Virus record (IMG/VR): IMGVR_UViG_3300025732_000016
Reading direction: 5' to 3' (one strand)
Source: a virus
Taxonomy: Duplodnaviria; Caudoviricetes
Length of the DNA stretch: 64,000 nt
Shown here: positions 52,116 to 60,403 of the stretch, one piece after another
Position numbering within the stretch: the stretch's first letter is position 1
Layout of the letters: the number at the start of each line of letters is the position of its first letter
Translations under genes and position numbers: made by a program
The notes under the pieces: model-generated
What the model was told of the DNA's origin: nothing
The model's input: only the letters and a program-made list of their open reading frames with translations
Database searches by the model: none

Positions 52116-53389
52116 TGATCAGACAGCTTATCCGTGAGATGCTCATGCTGGAGAACGGTCCCGAGGCCCACATCCTCAACTTCTATGAGGACCTCGACAT
52201 GCCCCTCTCCGAGTTCAAGGAGGCCATCAGGGCCCTCCTCGATGCCCAGGTGGAGGACGTCGAGGAGAAGATGGACGGGCAGAATCTCACCTTCACCGTG
52301 AGGAACGGCGAGGTGGAGACGTTCTCCAAGGGAGCCTCCTGGGCATCCGTCCAGCGCGGCGGAAAGAAGATCGCCGACTACGAGGCCCAGTACGCTGACC
52401 GTCCGCAGGTGAGGGACGCCTTCAAGAGGGCGTACGCATCCCTCCAGGCCGCGGCAGATGTCGATCCGGCCCTCACCTCCCGGCTCTTCAGGGACGGCGG
52501 AGTGGTGGTGGAGTCCCTCATGATGCTCCCCGAGAACCCCAACACCATCGTCTACGACAGGCCCACCATCCGATTCGTGAGGGCCTACCCGATGGACCCG
52601 GCGCTCGGTGGACAGGTGGACCAGGAGGCGTACAGACAGTTCCTCGCTTCAGCTTCCTCGCTGGACGTCGCCGTCCCGATGGGTGAGGTTCCCATCCTGA
52701 AACTGAAGAAGGTCCTCAATTCTGACCAGGTCGCAGCCGAACTTGAGACAGACCTCGATGCGCTCATGGCCGAGGCCGGTGTCAACGACTCGTCCACCAT
52801 GGGTGATCTCATTGTCGGACTCGTGAAGACCCGCCTCGAGTCCGATGGGATGAGTCCTGATGTCGCGACAAAGGTCGCCATCCGTCTCGGTCGCGGTGAG
52901 AAGGCGGCGTTCTCCGCGAAGGACGCGAAGGCGGTGGGACCCGGCGTCTGGGAGAAGGTCCAGGGAATGGAGTCCGGCCCATACGTCGACGAGGCCATCA
53001 TCCCCATCGAGAGGATCCTCCAGAAGCTCGCCGTCCAGGTCTTCCGCAACCTGGAGTTCGTCCTCTCCTCCAACCGCACCGAGTCAGGTGACGCTCTTCG
53101 ATCCTTCGTCCGGCAGACCCGAGACGCAGTGAGGGGCGGGAGGCTCATCGCCGACCCATCCCAGACCGAGTCCATCAGGGTTGCACTCGAGAGGATCGGT
53201 GACGAGGCAGCATTCGAGAAGGCGGTTGAGGGAATCGTCTTCCGGTGGAAGGGAAAGACCCGGAAGCTCACCGGACTCTTCACGCCCATCAACAAGCTCC
53301 GCGGATTCTTCGCCTATGGTAAGACTCCAGCGAGGATATCGCAGAATGAGTCTCGAAAGAGATACTTACCATTCGGAAGGGTCGGATAA
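52112..53389 (+). CDS. ATP-grasp/ligase-like nucleotidyltransferase (RNA-ligase-like motifs)
   Basis: 'EEKMDGQN' (KxDG, motif I), 'EGIVF' (motif IV) and 'KLTG.F' (motif V-like). IRQLIRE leader. Confidence 0.55.
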   Translation: MMIRQLIREMLMLENGPEAHILNFYEDLDMPLSEFKEAIRALLDAQVEDVEEKMDGQNLTFTVRNGEVETFSKGASWASVQRGGKKIADYEAQYADRPQVRDAFKRAYASLQAAADVDPALTSRLFRDGGVVVESLMMLPENPNTIVYDRPTIRFVRAYPMDPALGGQVDQEAYRQFLASASSLDVAVPMGEVPILKLKKVLNSDQVAAELETDLDALMAEAGVNDSSTMGDLIVGLVKTRLESDGMSPDVATKVAIRLGRGEKAAFSAKDAKAVGPGVWEKVQGMESGPYVDEAIIPIERILQKLAVQVFRNLEFVLSSNRTESGDALRSFVRQTRDAVRGGRLIADPSQTESIRVALERIGDEAAFEKAVEGIVFRWKGKTRKLTGLFTPINKLRGFFAYGKTPARISQNESRKRYLPFGRVG

Positions 53390-53440
53390 TGAGAATCACA
53401 GAATCACAGCTTAGAAAGTACGGATCAGGCGGGCACTGAG

Positions 53441-54247
53441 ATGGGAGGAGAGGCATTCAAGGGTCCCGACGGAGAGCCACTAGCCACGGGCATAAAGCAG
53501 GCAGAGGTTGGTCCGACTCTCGACTCTCTTCTTCGAGATGTCCTCCGCCCCGTGGGCATCGATTCCTACGTCCCGCTGGGCTCGACGGGCAAGAAGCCGA
53601 TCTCTAGTGACCTTGACATCGCAGTCGGACCTGTCCCGATGGATGACCCGAAGGCTCTGAAGGCTCTGAAGGACGCGCTACTGGCGAACATCCAGGCGGT
53701 TGTCGGACCTGACAACGCGAAGCTCGTCGGTCAGAACATCGCGATACTTCAGCCCATTGCTGGCTCTCCCGATCGTTTCGTGCAGGTCGATCTCATGCTG
53801 TCGGGTGACCCACAGAAGACGGGCTGGCTGATGTCTGGTACGGGTTCGGGCGTGAAGGGAGTCTATCGCAACCTCATGCTAGCATACATCGCGAAGCTCC
53901 GTTCTGAGGAGCAGCCTGGTACCAAGATCACCATCTCATACCCAGGCGGCATCCAGGTCGTCAAGGATGGGCAGACAGTGGTGCCGAGGACTGAGGACGC
54001 GGAAGCGATTGTCTCCACTCTCGGAATCCCTGCGAAGCCCTCAGAGATCAATACTTTTGAGGAACTAGTAACCATATTGGCAAGGGACCCGAGCATCTCT
54101 GGTAAGCTCGAGGGTTACGAGACATACATCGGAAGGTATCTCCAGGATCCGAAAACTGCAGTAGAGGCCCAAAAGTCGATTGCTGCCCTTAAAACAGCTC
54201 GCGGTCTCATGGAGACCGTGAGACTGCTGGTTCGCTCTCTCAGGTGA
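53441..54247 (+). CDS. Pol-beta-superfamily nucleotidyltransferase
   Basis: 'LGSTGKKPISSDLDIAV' (GS..DxD) and a third Asp in 'VQVDLM'. The leader appears frameshifted at 53389-53440. Confidence 0.72.
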   Translation: MGGEAFKGPDGEPLATGIKQAEVGPTLDSLLRDVLRPVGIDSYVPLGSTGKKPISSDLDIAVGPVPMDDPKALKALKDALLANIQAVVGPDNAKLVGQNIAILQPIAGSPDRFVQVDLMLSGDPQKTGWLMSGTGSGVKGVYRNLMLAYIAKLRSEEQPGTKITISYPGGIQVVKDGQTVVPRTEDAEAIVSTLGIPAKPSEINTFEELVTILARDPSISGKLEGYETYIGRYLQDPKTAVEAQKSIAALKTARGLMETVRLLVRSLR

Positions 54248-54758
54248 TTCGGATTCCCTTCACAGACATCTGAAGGGTCGTAAACCACGGATCCTTCACT
54301 TCCCGGTCGAGCTCATCAACTGCGATGGCGACCGGGATTGCTGTCATCTCCCACTGCTCAATGCGCTCGCCCTCGTGATCACTCACGACCATCTTCACCT
54401 TGCGCTCAAGGGGCTTTTGGAGCCATGAGAAGACGCCAGCGTTCATGCCAGGCTTAGCTCTGACCTCAACGACCATCTGTCCCGAAGAGTTCTCTCCGGG
54501 TGTGAAGACCGAGAACTTCACGCCGCCGGACTCGAGGGGCTGCATGCCTTCGATGGAGATCTCCCACTTCGGAGACTCATCGACCTCGGGCTCCTCGCCT
54601 TCTCCGCCAGCTCCCAGAGCCCCTGCAAGACCGACCTTCTGCATGAGCTCCTCCATCGTGACAAATTCTACGGGAGGAGTCGCGACCTCACTCGGAGCAT
54701 CAGCGACAGAAGTCTCAACAAGAGCATCTTCCTTCTTCTTACGACGAAATCTCATCAA
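54240..54758 (-). CDS. Hypothetical protein; C-terminus resembles T4 gp19-like tail-tube fold
   Basis: 'F.WL....R.V.M.V.D..G..IEQW.M...P.AI..DELD.....W..TLQMSV'. Confidence 0.45.
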   Translation of the reverse strand: MMRFRRKKKEDALVETSVADAPSEVATPPVEFVTMEELMQKVGLAGALGAGGEGEEPEVDESPKWEISIEGMQPLESGGVKFSVFTPGENSSGQMVVEVRAKPGMNAGVFSWLQKPLERKVKMVVSDHEGERIEQWEMTAIPVAIAVDELDREVKDPWFTTLQMSVKGIRIT

Positions 54759-54973
54759 GCGCCTGCCTTCTCTTCAGATTCAATAGACTCACGGATGACT
54801 TTCACGAACTCACGCTGTGCTCGTTCCTCATCCCACTCTGTCACTCCCCAAGCCTTCATGAGGATGCATTTCACATCCTCATCAAACTCGATGTTGATCT
54901 TTGCAGAGCCGTCGGGCTGCTCCTCAACGCTTGCCACCCTGATGGGAACCTGGAGCTGCTTTCTCTGTTTCAC
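54755..54973 (-). CDS. Small hypothetical protein
   Basis: Coupled ORF; ATAGTTA upstream. Confidence 0.55.
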   Translation of the reverse strand: MKQRKQLQVPIRVASVEEQPDGSAKINIEFDEDVKCILMKAWGVTEWDEERAQREFVKVIRESIESEEKAGA

Positions 54974-55010
54974 GAAACCTCCGAGAATACTGTAACTATC
55001 ACCCTAAACT

Positions 55011-55808
55011 TTACACTGCCTTCTTCTTGCGGGGCTTGCGGACCTTCGGGAAGATGAGCTTCTCAGCGTCCGATGTCACCACGGTACCCTCGAGCAGGAC
55101 GTCCACCATGACCATCCCGTAGCCAGAGAAGGTGCGGTTCCCGATGATGAGAATGTCGATGGGTGTGTTGTCGTCACCGTTCTTCCAGGCCCGACCCGGA
55201 ATGTGCCACGGCCTCACCTGACAGAGGGACCCGACCTTCTCGGGGATGGATTCCCAGAGGGCAACCACTGCCCTGAACTGGGACTTCAGGAAGTCCACGT
55301 CCTCGACCTCGACCTCGCTCTGGTAGAGAATCTTGTTGGCGATCCGGTCGATGCGGTTGGAGGTCGCCGGCTTGTTGCCCCAGTAGTACTGGGACATGCG
55401 GGACTTCCGATTGAAGAGGCCCGCGGTGAGCTGGCGGAGCTCGTCGTCAACCTGGATCGAGTTGATGGGACGCTGGGCACCCGCCACGATCCGCTCGGCG
55501 TACGCCTTCTGGCGCTCGGTGAGGTCCCGACCCTGGAGGACCTGGCCGGCAAAGCTCCGGAGAGTGTCGGCCTCGTCCTTGCGGACGCAGGTCTCGGCCA
55601 CGGCCAGCCAGTCCTTCGCCTTCTGCCATGACGGCCAGGTCTCGGGCGCTCCCTTCGCGAGTAGGTCGCGGAGGATGTTGACGCCGTTCCCACGGGGCTG
55701 CTTACCCTCGGCCGAGAGGGACGCGAGGAAGCCACCCGGCCAGGTGCCACCGAGGCCGGCGGCCTGGTAGGCCTGTGAGAGGGACCGGACCTTGTCGAGG
55801 TCGAACAT
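55011..55808 (-). CDS. Hypothetical protein (putative early gene)
   Basis: Strong GC3 codon bias; AAGGAGG SD; preceded by the 52-bp promoter cassette. Confidence 0.7.
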   Translation of the reverse strand: MFDLDKVRSLSQAYQAAGLGGTWPGGFLASLSAEGKQPRGNGVNILRDLLAKGAPETWPSWQKAKDWLAVAETCVRKDEADTLRSFAGQVLQGRDLTERQKAYAERIVAGAQRPINSIQVDDELRQLTAGLFNRKSRMSQYYWGNKPATSNRIDRIANKILYQSEVEVEDVDFLKSQFRAVVALWESIPEKVGSLCQVRPWHIPGRAWKNGDDNTPIDILIIGNRTFSGYGMVMVDVLLEGTVVTSDAEKLIFPKVRKPRKKKAV

Positions 55809-55811
55809 TCC

Positions 55812-55863
55812 ATTCCTCCTTACATTAAGACTATACCACACTTTTCAACAGATTGGAATAGGC
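55812..55863 (-). promoter_or_regulatory. 52-bp promoter/leader cassette, copy 1
   Basis: Gapless match to 59311..59362: GCCTATTCCAAT...TG(G/T)TAT...TAATGTAAGGAGGAAT. Confidence 0.75.
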
Positions 55864-55881
55864 CCGCGCAAAATAGTGATT

Positions 55882-55918
55882 AAAAGAGAACCGCCGAGCC
55901 AGTTACCCGACTCGGCGG
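55882..55918 (-). terminator. Intrinsic terminator
   Basis: CCGCCGAG/CTCGGCGG stem followed by TTCTCTTTT. Confidence 0.7.
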
Positions 55919-55941
55919 CTTGCGCTCTCCCGAGGAAGGGA

Positions 55942-56127
55942 TCAGTCGATGGCCTCCTTCGCGAGCTTGACGGAAAGCGCCGCGACAGCCTTCGCGATCT
56001 TCTTACCCTCTTCCTTCGTGATGTTCACCTTCCCATTCTCGTCCTTCTTCAGGGACTCTCCGATCAGCTTCGCGAGCTTCTCGAGTTCAGGTGCGAGCAC
56101 TATGAGCTCATCTGGTGTCAATGCCAT
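55942..56127 (-). CDS. Small hypothetical protein
   Basis: GAGGAGG SD; ATAGTTA upstream; terminator downstream. Confidence 0.65.
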   Translation of the reverse strand: MALTPDELIVLAPELEKLAKLIGESLKKDENGKVNITKEEGKKIAKAVAALSVKLAKEAID

Positions 56128-56208
56128 TTTGAAGTCCTCCTCTAGAGGCGGGGTTTCCGCGCTCTAAGGATAACTATCATCGAAGCCGCAGATATAGTTA
56201 CGATAGGA

Positions 56209-57165
56209 GTGCAAATGCATAGAAACGAAGCTGTGGTGAGGAGCCTTATTCGTGAATGGCTCATAATCGAACAGGCAGCTGATGACGGCGCGAGCGCAGG
56301 AGCTGAAGCTGCTGGAGAGCTCAGCGGACTTGGATCTTTGGAGAGCCAAGTTGATGCTGCTCTCGATAAGATTGAAGACAAGATAGAAGACAAGAGTGAA
56401 GCAGTTGTCGCTCTTGCTTTAGGGCTCGGTCTCTCGATCCCCACGCTCGGAAAGTGGGCCGCAAAGGCAATAGCTCTCATCGTCAAAGGTTACGTCAAGC
56501 TCGCATCGAAGTTCGGCAAACCTGAACAGTCTGGTGGGCTTGCGTGGGCTGCAAAAGTAGAGGCTGCGGGAGAATCCTTCTACGAGAAAGGTCATCACAT
56601 GATCGAAAGCTTCTATACAAAAATTGTGAAAGCCCTGTTTCTTCTTCTGTGCGCAATGGGAGACGTGGGAGGAATTGATGCTTACAAAGCTTACGCAGAC
56701 TCACCAGCGGGACAAGAAGCTTTCACAAAAGTAGCAAAGCTGATCGATCTTGCAGTAACGTGTATCCTCGCAGTCTATAGCGTCCAGGGGGCTATCGGAG
56801 CGATTCAGGCAGCTCACGCAGGACTCGCCGCGACCGAGGGCGTTCTTTCTGCTGCAAAGGGAGCGCACATAGGAGCTGCAGTCGCAGAGTCAATAGTAGA
56901 GGCTTCTAGAGCATTTGCAAGAGCATTTGCTGAAGCGGGTGTAGCCTCGGCCCTGATCTCGGACATCATGAAGAAAGCTTCATCTTTCTTCGAAGCCATC
57001 AAAGAGACGATTATGGGCGGCATCGAAGTCACTAAAAAGGCTGCTCAGGCTGCTGGACTCTCAGTTGCTCTCGCTGCAGGATCGGCAGTAGCCAGTGATG
57101 CTCCTGCCGACAGTGCTGCCTCTGCGCAGGACAGCGGAGTTGTTAGAGCTGATTCATCTCGTTGA
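56209..57165 (+). CDS. Ala-rich protein with several hydrophobic helices and an LIRE-type leader
   Basis: 'EAVVRSLIREWLIIEQ'; hydrophobic segments 'VVALALGLGLSIP' and 'LIDLAVTCILAVYSV'. Confidence 0.65.
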   Translation: MQMHRNEAVVRSLIREWLIIEQAADDGASAGAEAAGELSGLGSLESQVDAALDKIEDKIEDKSEAVVALALGLGLSIPTLGKWAAKAIALIVKGYVKLASKFGKPEQSGGLAWAAKVEAAGESFYEKGHHMIESFYTKIVKALFLLLCAMGDVGGIDAYKAYADSPAGQEAFTKVAKLIDLAVTCILAVYSVQGAIGAIQAAHAGLAATEGVLSAAKGAHIGAAVAESIVEASRAFARAFAEAGVASALISDIMKKASSFFEAIKETIMGGIEVTKKAAQAAGLSVALAAGSAVASDAPADSAASAQDSGVVRADSSR

Positions 57166-57442
57166 CAACCTCTTCTGTGCGCTTGTCACGGCCTCCCCAG
57201 TCGCGGGCCTCAATCCATTCAGTGACAGTTCCGCTCTCGTCACACGGGAAGACAAGAGTCTCATTGATGGTGAACATTCCGTTGCCGTGCTGGGCGTCAG
57301 AGATCGCGAAGTGTCGACCGTCAGTCATGACAACGTGACTTCGGAAGATGATGCCGCCCTTCTTCACCAGCCTCCCACTCTCGAAGTAATCTTCAATGAC
57401 GACTGGTTCCTTGAACTTGATGAAACGATCGATCATTCTCAC
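57143..57442 (-). CDS. Hypothetical protein
   Basis: ATGA-coupled to the MT-A70 gene. Confidence 0.55.
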   Translation of the reverse strand: MRMIDRFIKFKEPVVIEDYFESGRLVKKGGIIFRSHVVMTDGRHFAISDAQHGNGMFTINETLVFPCDESGTVTEWIEARDWGGRDKRTEEVVNEMNQL

Positions 57443-57990
57443 TCCTTCACGTTGATCTCGATGTCAGAAACGACCTCATCACCCCACACGTCCCAGCCCG
57501 GTGCCTTCTCACGCGCAAACAGTTCAAGCTTTCGCTGCGTCGGAAACATCTGCTCGATCCTACTTCTCACCTCGAGGGGCTTCGCAGAGTGCTCCCTGCG
57601 CTTTTCAGAGAGGAATTGCCTCACATTACGAGAACCTCGTGGCTGAGGTATCTTACCCTTCTTTCCGATAAGACAGAGCTCGACCTGGGACATCGTGTAG
57701 AAGCCCGGATTGACTTTCTGCTTGTCCCAGGCAAAACCAACGGTCGCCCACTGGAATCCCCACGACTTCATCAGGTCAATCGCCTGGTCCAAGTGGGGCG
57801 ACGTCGACCAGAGAAACAGTAGGCAGTCGGGAGCACAGTGCTCCGCCACGTTGTACTGTTTGAGGTCATCGAGAGTGAGAGTCCCGTAGTGGTTCTTTGC
57901 TCCGCCTGAAGTGGGACCTCCACGACCGGTGTGCTGCACCTGTCCCTTGTAGTCCCACGGTGGGTCGCAGTAGATGATTTCGTAGCTCAA
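57439..57990 (-). CDS. MT-A70 family N6-adenine methyltransferase
   Basis: 'IIYCDPPW', 'LFLWSTSP', 'WGF', 'G.YT....ELCLIG', 'HSAKP', 'LELFAR....GWDVWG'. Confidence 0.92.
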   Translation of the reverse strand: MSYEIIYCDPPWDYKGQVQHTGRGGPTSGGAKNHYGTLTLDDLKQYNVAEHCAPDCLLFLWSTSPHLDQAIDLMKSWGFQWATVGFAWDKQKVNPGFYTMSQVELCLIGKKGKIPQPRGSRNVRQFLSEKRREHSAKPLEVRSRIEQMFPTQRKLELFAREKAPGWDVWGDEVVSDIEINVKE

Positions 57991-59309
57991 GCCTTCTCCT
58001 TCCAGGTGTCGTAAGCGGCGAGGACCTTGGGGTCCACATCAGAGGGGTCTCGGAAGCGGCAAAATACGGGAAAGCGGAGCTTCCCATCCGGGGTGAACGG
58101 GGGCTGGTGTTCGCATTCCACGATCCGACCGATGTAGGAATCAGGCGCCGAGTTCACCTCGGTCTTGAGTCGATCGGAGTATCCACCACCGACCCGGGTA
58201 ACCACGCCATTGGGCGTGAGGACCTTGAATCCACCGAACTGGCCTGCCCGCTTCGTGGCCTTTGACGCCTCGTACCAGCCGACCACCACACCCTCCTCGG
58301 TGGCCACCGGCTTGAGCTTGAGGATGGCCGAGGAGCGCTTCCACTGGTACTTGGCTTTGACGTCCTTGAGCATCACACCCTCGTAGCCGGCGTCGAGGCA
58401 GGTCGAGTAGAACTCTCGGAGCTCATCCTCATTTGCGCAGGTCTTCGCCTTCACGTACCGGAAGGGACCCTGGGAGAGCATTGGGCCAGCCCCGATGATG
58501 GTGACCAGGTCTGCCAGACGCTGCTCGTAGGTGAGCTCGGTCCTTTGGGCCTGCCAGTCAGTGAGGGGAACGCAATCGAAGACGTGGTAGCACATGGTCG
58601 AGTCGTCCTTCTTGGACTTGGCCGACATCACCACCGAGGCCGACTCATTCCAGTCCTCACCCATGGCCTCGCCGTCGAGGACGAAATCATCGGAGGAGAG
58701 GGACTCGATTGCCGCCTTGATGCGGGGGAGAGTCTCGAGCACCGTGCCATTGCGAGTGTAGAGAGTGACCTCACTCTTGGACTTCACCGCCACCACTCGG
58801 AGGCCATCGAGCTTCGCCTCGACTCGGACGGGATAGGTCACCGGCTCGGAGAAGACGAAGTTTCCGTTGACTCCCTTGGTGGGGAGAGTGCCGGCGAGAG
58901 CCACCGCGAATGGGACCACCGTGCCCGGCCAGAGCTTGTTGATCGTGGTCACCGAGACCCCGCAGCGGAGGTTCCGCCAGAGGAGGCGTTCGAGCCACTT
59001 CTGGGCGACCCCGTCACCGGACTGGATGAGATCGGAGACCGCCTTCTTGGCTGCGTTACCTTTGAGTTCCCGCTTGTCGAGGCGAACCAGGAGATCGAGG
59101 AACTCGGTGACCAGGTCATCGCCGTGACCCCGGGTGCCGGGCGCCTTCGGGCGATCGTACTTGGCCACGCCCCAGTTCTTCCAGGGATCGAAGGCAAGCG
59201 AGAAGAAGCGGTGGAGGAGCGGATTGCCGCGATTCTCCTCCATGACGGCGCCCTTTGCGTTCCGGCCGCCGTCCGCCTCGAGAGTTTCCAGGATGTCCAG
59301 GACTTCCAT
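57987..59309 (-). CDS. ATP-dependent DNA ligase
   Basis: 'EAKLDGLR' (KxDG), 'VLDGE', 'YHVFD', 'EGVMLK', 'KRS..ILKLKP', OB domain 'LRFPVF..FR'. Confidence 0.95.
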   Translation of the reverse strand: MEVLDILETLEADGGRNAKGAVMEENRGNPLLHRFFSLAFDPWKNWGVAKYDRPKAPGTRGHGDDLVTEFLDLLVRLDKRELKGNAAKKAVSDLIQSGDGVAQKWLERLLWRNLRCGVSVTTINKLWPGTVVPFAVALAGTLPTKGVNGNFVFSEPVTYPVRVEAKLDGLRVVAVKSKSEVTLYTRNGTVLETLPRIKAAIESLSSDDFVLDGEAMGEDWNESASVVMSAKSKKDDSTMCYHVFDCVPLTDWQAQRTELTYEQRLADLVTIIGAGPMLSQGPFRYVKAKTCANEDELREFYSTCLDAGYEGVMLKDVKAKYQWKRSSAILKLKPVATEEGVVVGWYEASKATKRAGQFGGFKVLTPNGVVTRVGGGYSDRLKTEVNSAPDSYIGRIVECEHQPPFTPDGKLRFPVFCRFRDPSDVDPKVLAAYDTWKEKA

Positions 59310-59310
59310 G

Positions 59311-59362
59311 ATTCCTCCTTACATTATGATAATAACACATTAGAGCACAAATTGGAATAGGC
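59311..59362 (-). promoter_or_regulatory. 52-bp promoter/leader cassette, copy 2
   Basis: Gapless match to 55812..55863; directly upstream of the ligase gene. Confidence 0.75.
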
Positions 59363-59436
59363 TGGGGACCTTTTTGCAAAGAAATGTTTACTTAGTTGAG
59401 GCAACGCTAGAATGATCGGTTGCCCAAGGAGCAGAT

Positions 59437-59925
59437 ATGGATCCGTTAGACACGACTGGCGAGCTCGTTGAACCGCCTCCCGCTGATGAAGCTGCCGCGC
59501 CTGTTGTCGAGGGATCCTCGACTGGTGCAAATCTCGTTGAAGTTGCTGATGCAAAATCGCAAACTATCGCGCTTGACAAGGATGGCGACAAGATTTACCC
59601 GAGCCTGTATGACACAGTCCCAACAACATTCGGGGCAATCGTTCTCGGCGGTCTCATCATCGGCGGCATTCAGTGGATAGTGAAGAAGATCTTCGAGCGT
59701 GAAAAGAAGGAGCACAAGGCTCTCACGCAGTTTGTCACTTCGATGTTTGCTTTCATCATTGGAGTTTGGATCGCTGACAAGATCATCGCGGGACCCACAG
59801 CTAACATTCTCGACCCAGCTGAGAGCAAGGAACTTCTCACCTTCATCAAGGACATCACGCTGATGGTGTTCGCATACTACTTCGGAACAAAAGCGAACGT
59901 TCCAAAGGATGACGTCGATGGATAA
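59437..59925 (+). CDS. Membrane protein with three TM segments (holin-like)
   Basis: Acidic N-terminus, TM helices, 'DITLMVFAYYFG'. Confidence 0.6.
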   Translation: MDPLDTTGELVEPPPADEAAAPVVEGSSTGANLVEVADAKSQTIALDKDGDKIYPSLYDTVPTTFGAIVLGGLIIGGIQWIVKKIFEREKKEHKALTQFVTSMFAFIIGVWIADKIIAGPTANILDPAESKELLTFIKDITLMVFAYYFGTKANVPKDDVDG

Positions 59926-60403
59926 CGCAGCAGACATCATTAGCGCCGCAGGAGGCGGCAACATCTGGGCCGTGCTCGGTCTCGCTATCTCAGGCGCCCT
60001 CGGCAAGTACGCTTGGGACTTCTACAAGAAAAAGGCTGACCTCAACTTCAAGGAGAAGGACAACCTCCGCAAGGACAGCAAGGAAGAGCGTCTCCTCGAC
60101 CGCAAGGAGAAGAACGAGTTCAAGGACGACCTGAAGGAGAGAGTGGCCGCTCTTGAAGTGAAGCTCGAGGCGGCATTGCAGGCGAAGGAGGACCTCCTCG
60201 AGCAGGTTGGAGAGCTGAAGGCGAAGCTCGCCAAGATCGAAACCAAGCTCGAGATCCTCCTCGCGGGCGGCAAGGTTGCGCCAGAGCCGCCCACAGACGA
60301 GAAGCCGAAACCCAGGGCAAAAGCGAAGGCCGCGCCTGCACCCACACCAGCTCCAGAGCCGACGCCCGCTCCGAAGCGTGGCCGAGCCAAGAAGAATGGC
60401 TGA
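59918..60403 (+). CDS. TM plus coiled-coil protein with Pro/Ala/Lys tail
   Basis: 'IWAVLGLAISGALG..AW', then a heptad region 'LKERVAALEVKLE...LKAKLAKIE'. Confidence 0.7.
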   Translation: MDNAADIISAAGGGNIWAVLGLAISGALGKYAWDFYKKKADLNFKEKDNLRKDSKEERLLDRKEKNEFKDDLKERVAALEVKLEAALQAKEDLLEQVGELKAKLAKIETKLEILLAGGKVAPEPPTDEKPKPRAKAKAAPAPTPAPEPTPAPKRGRAKKNG

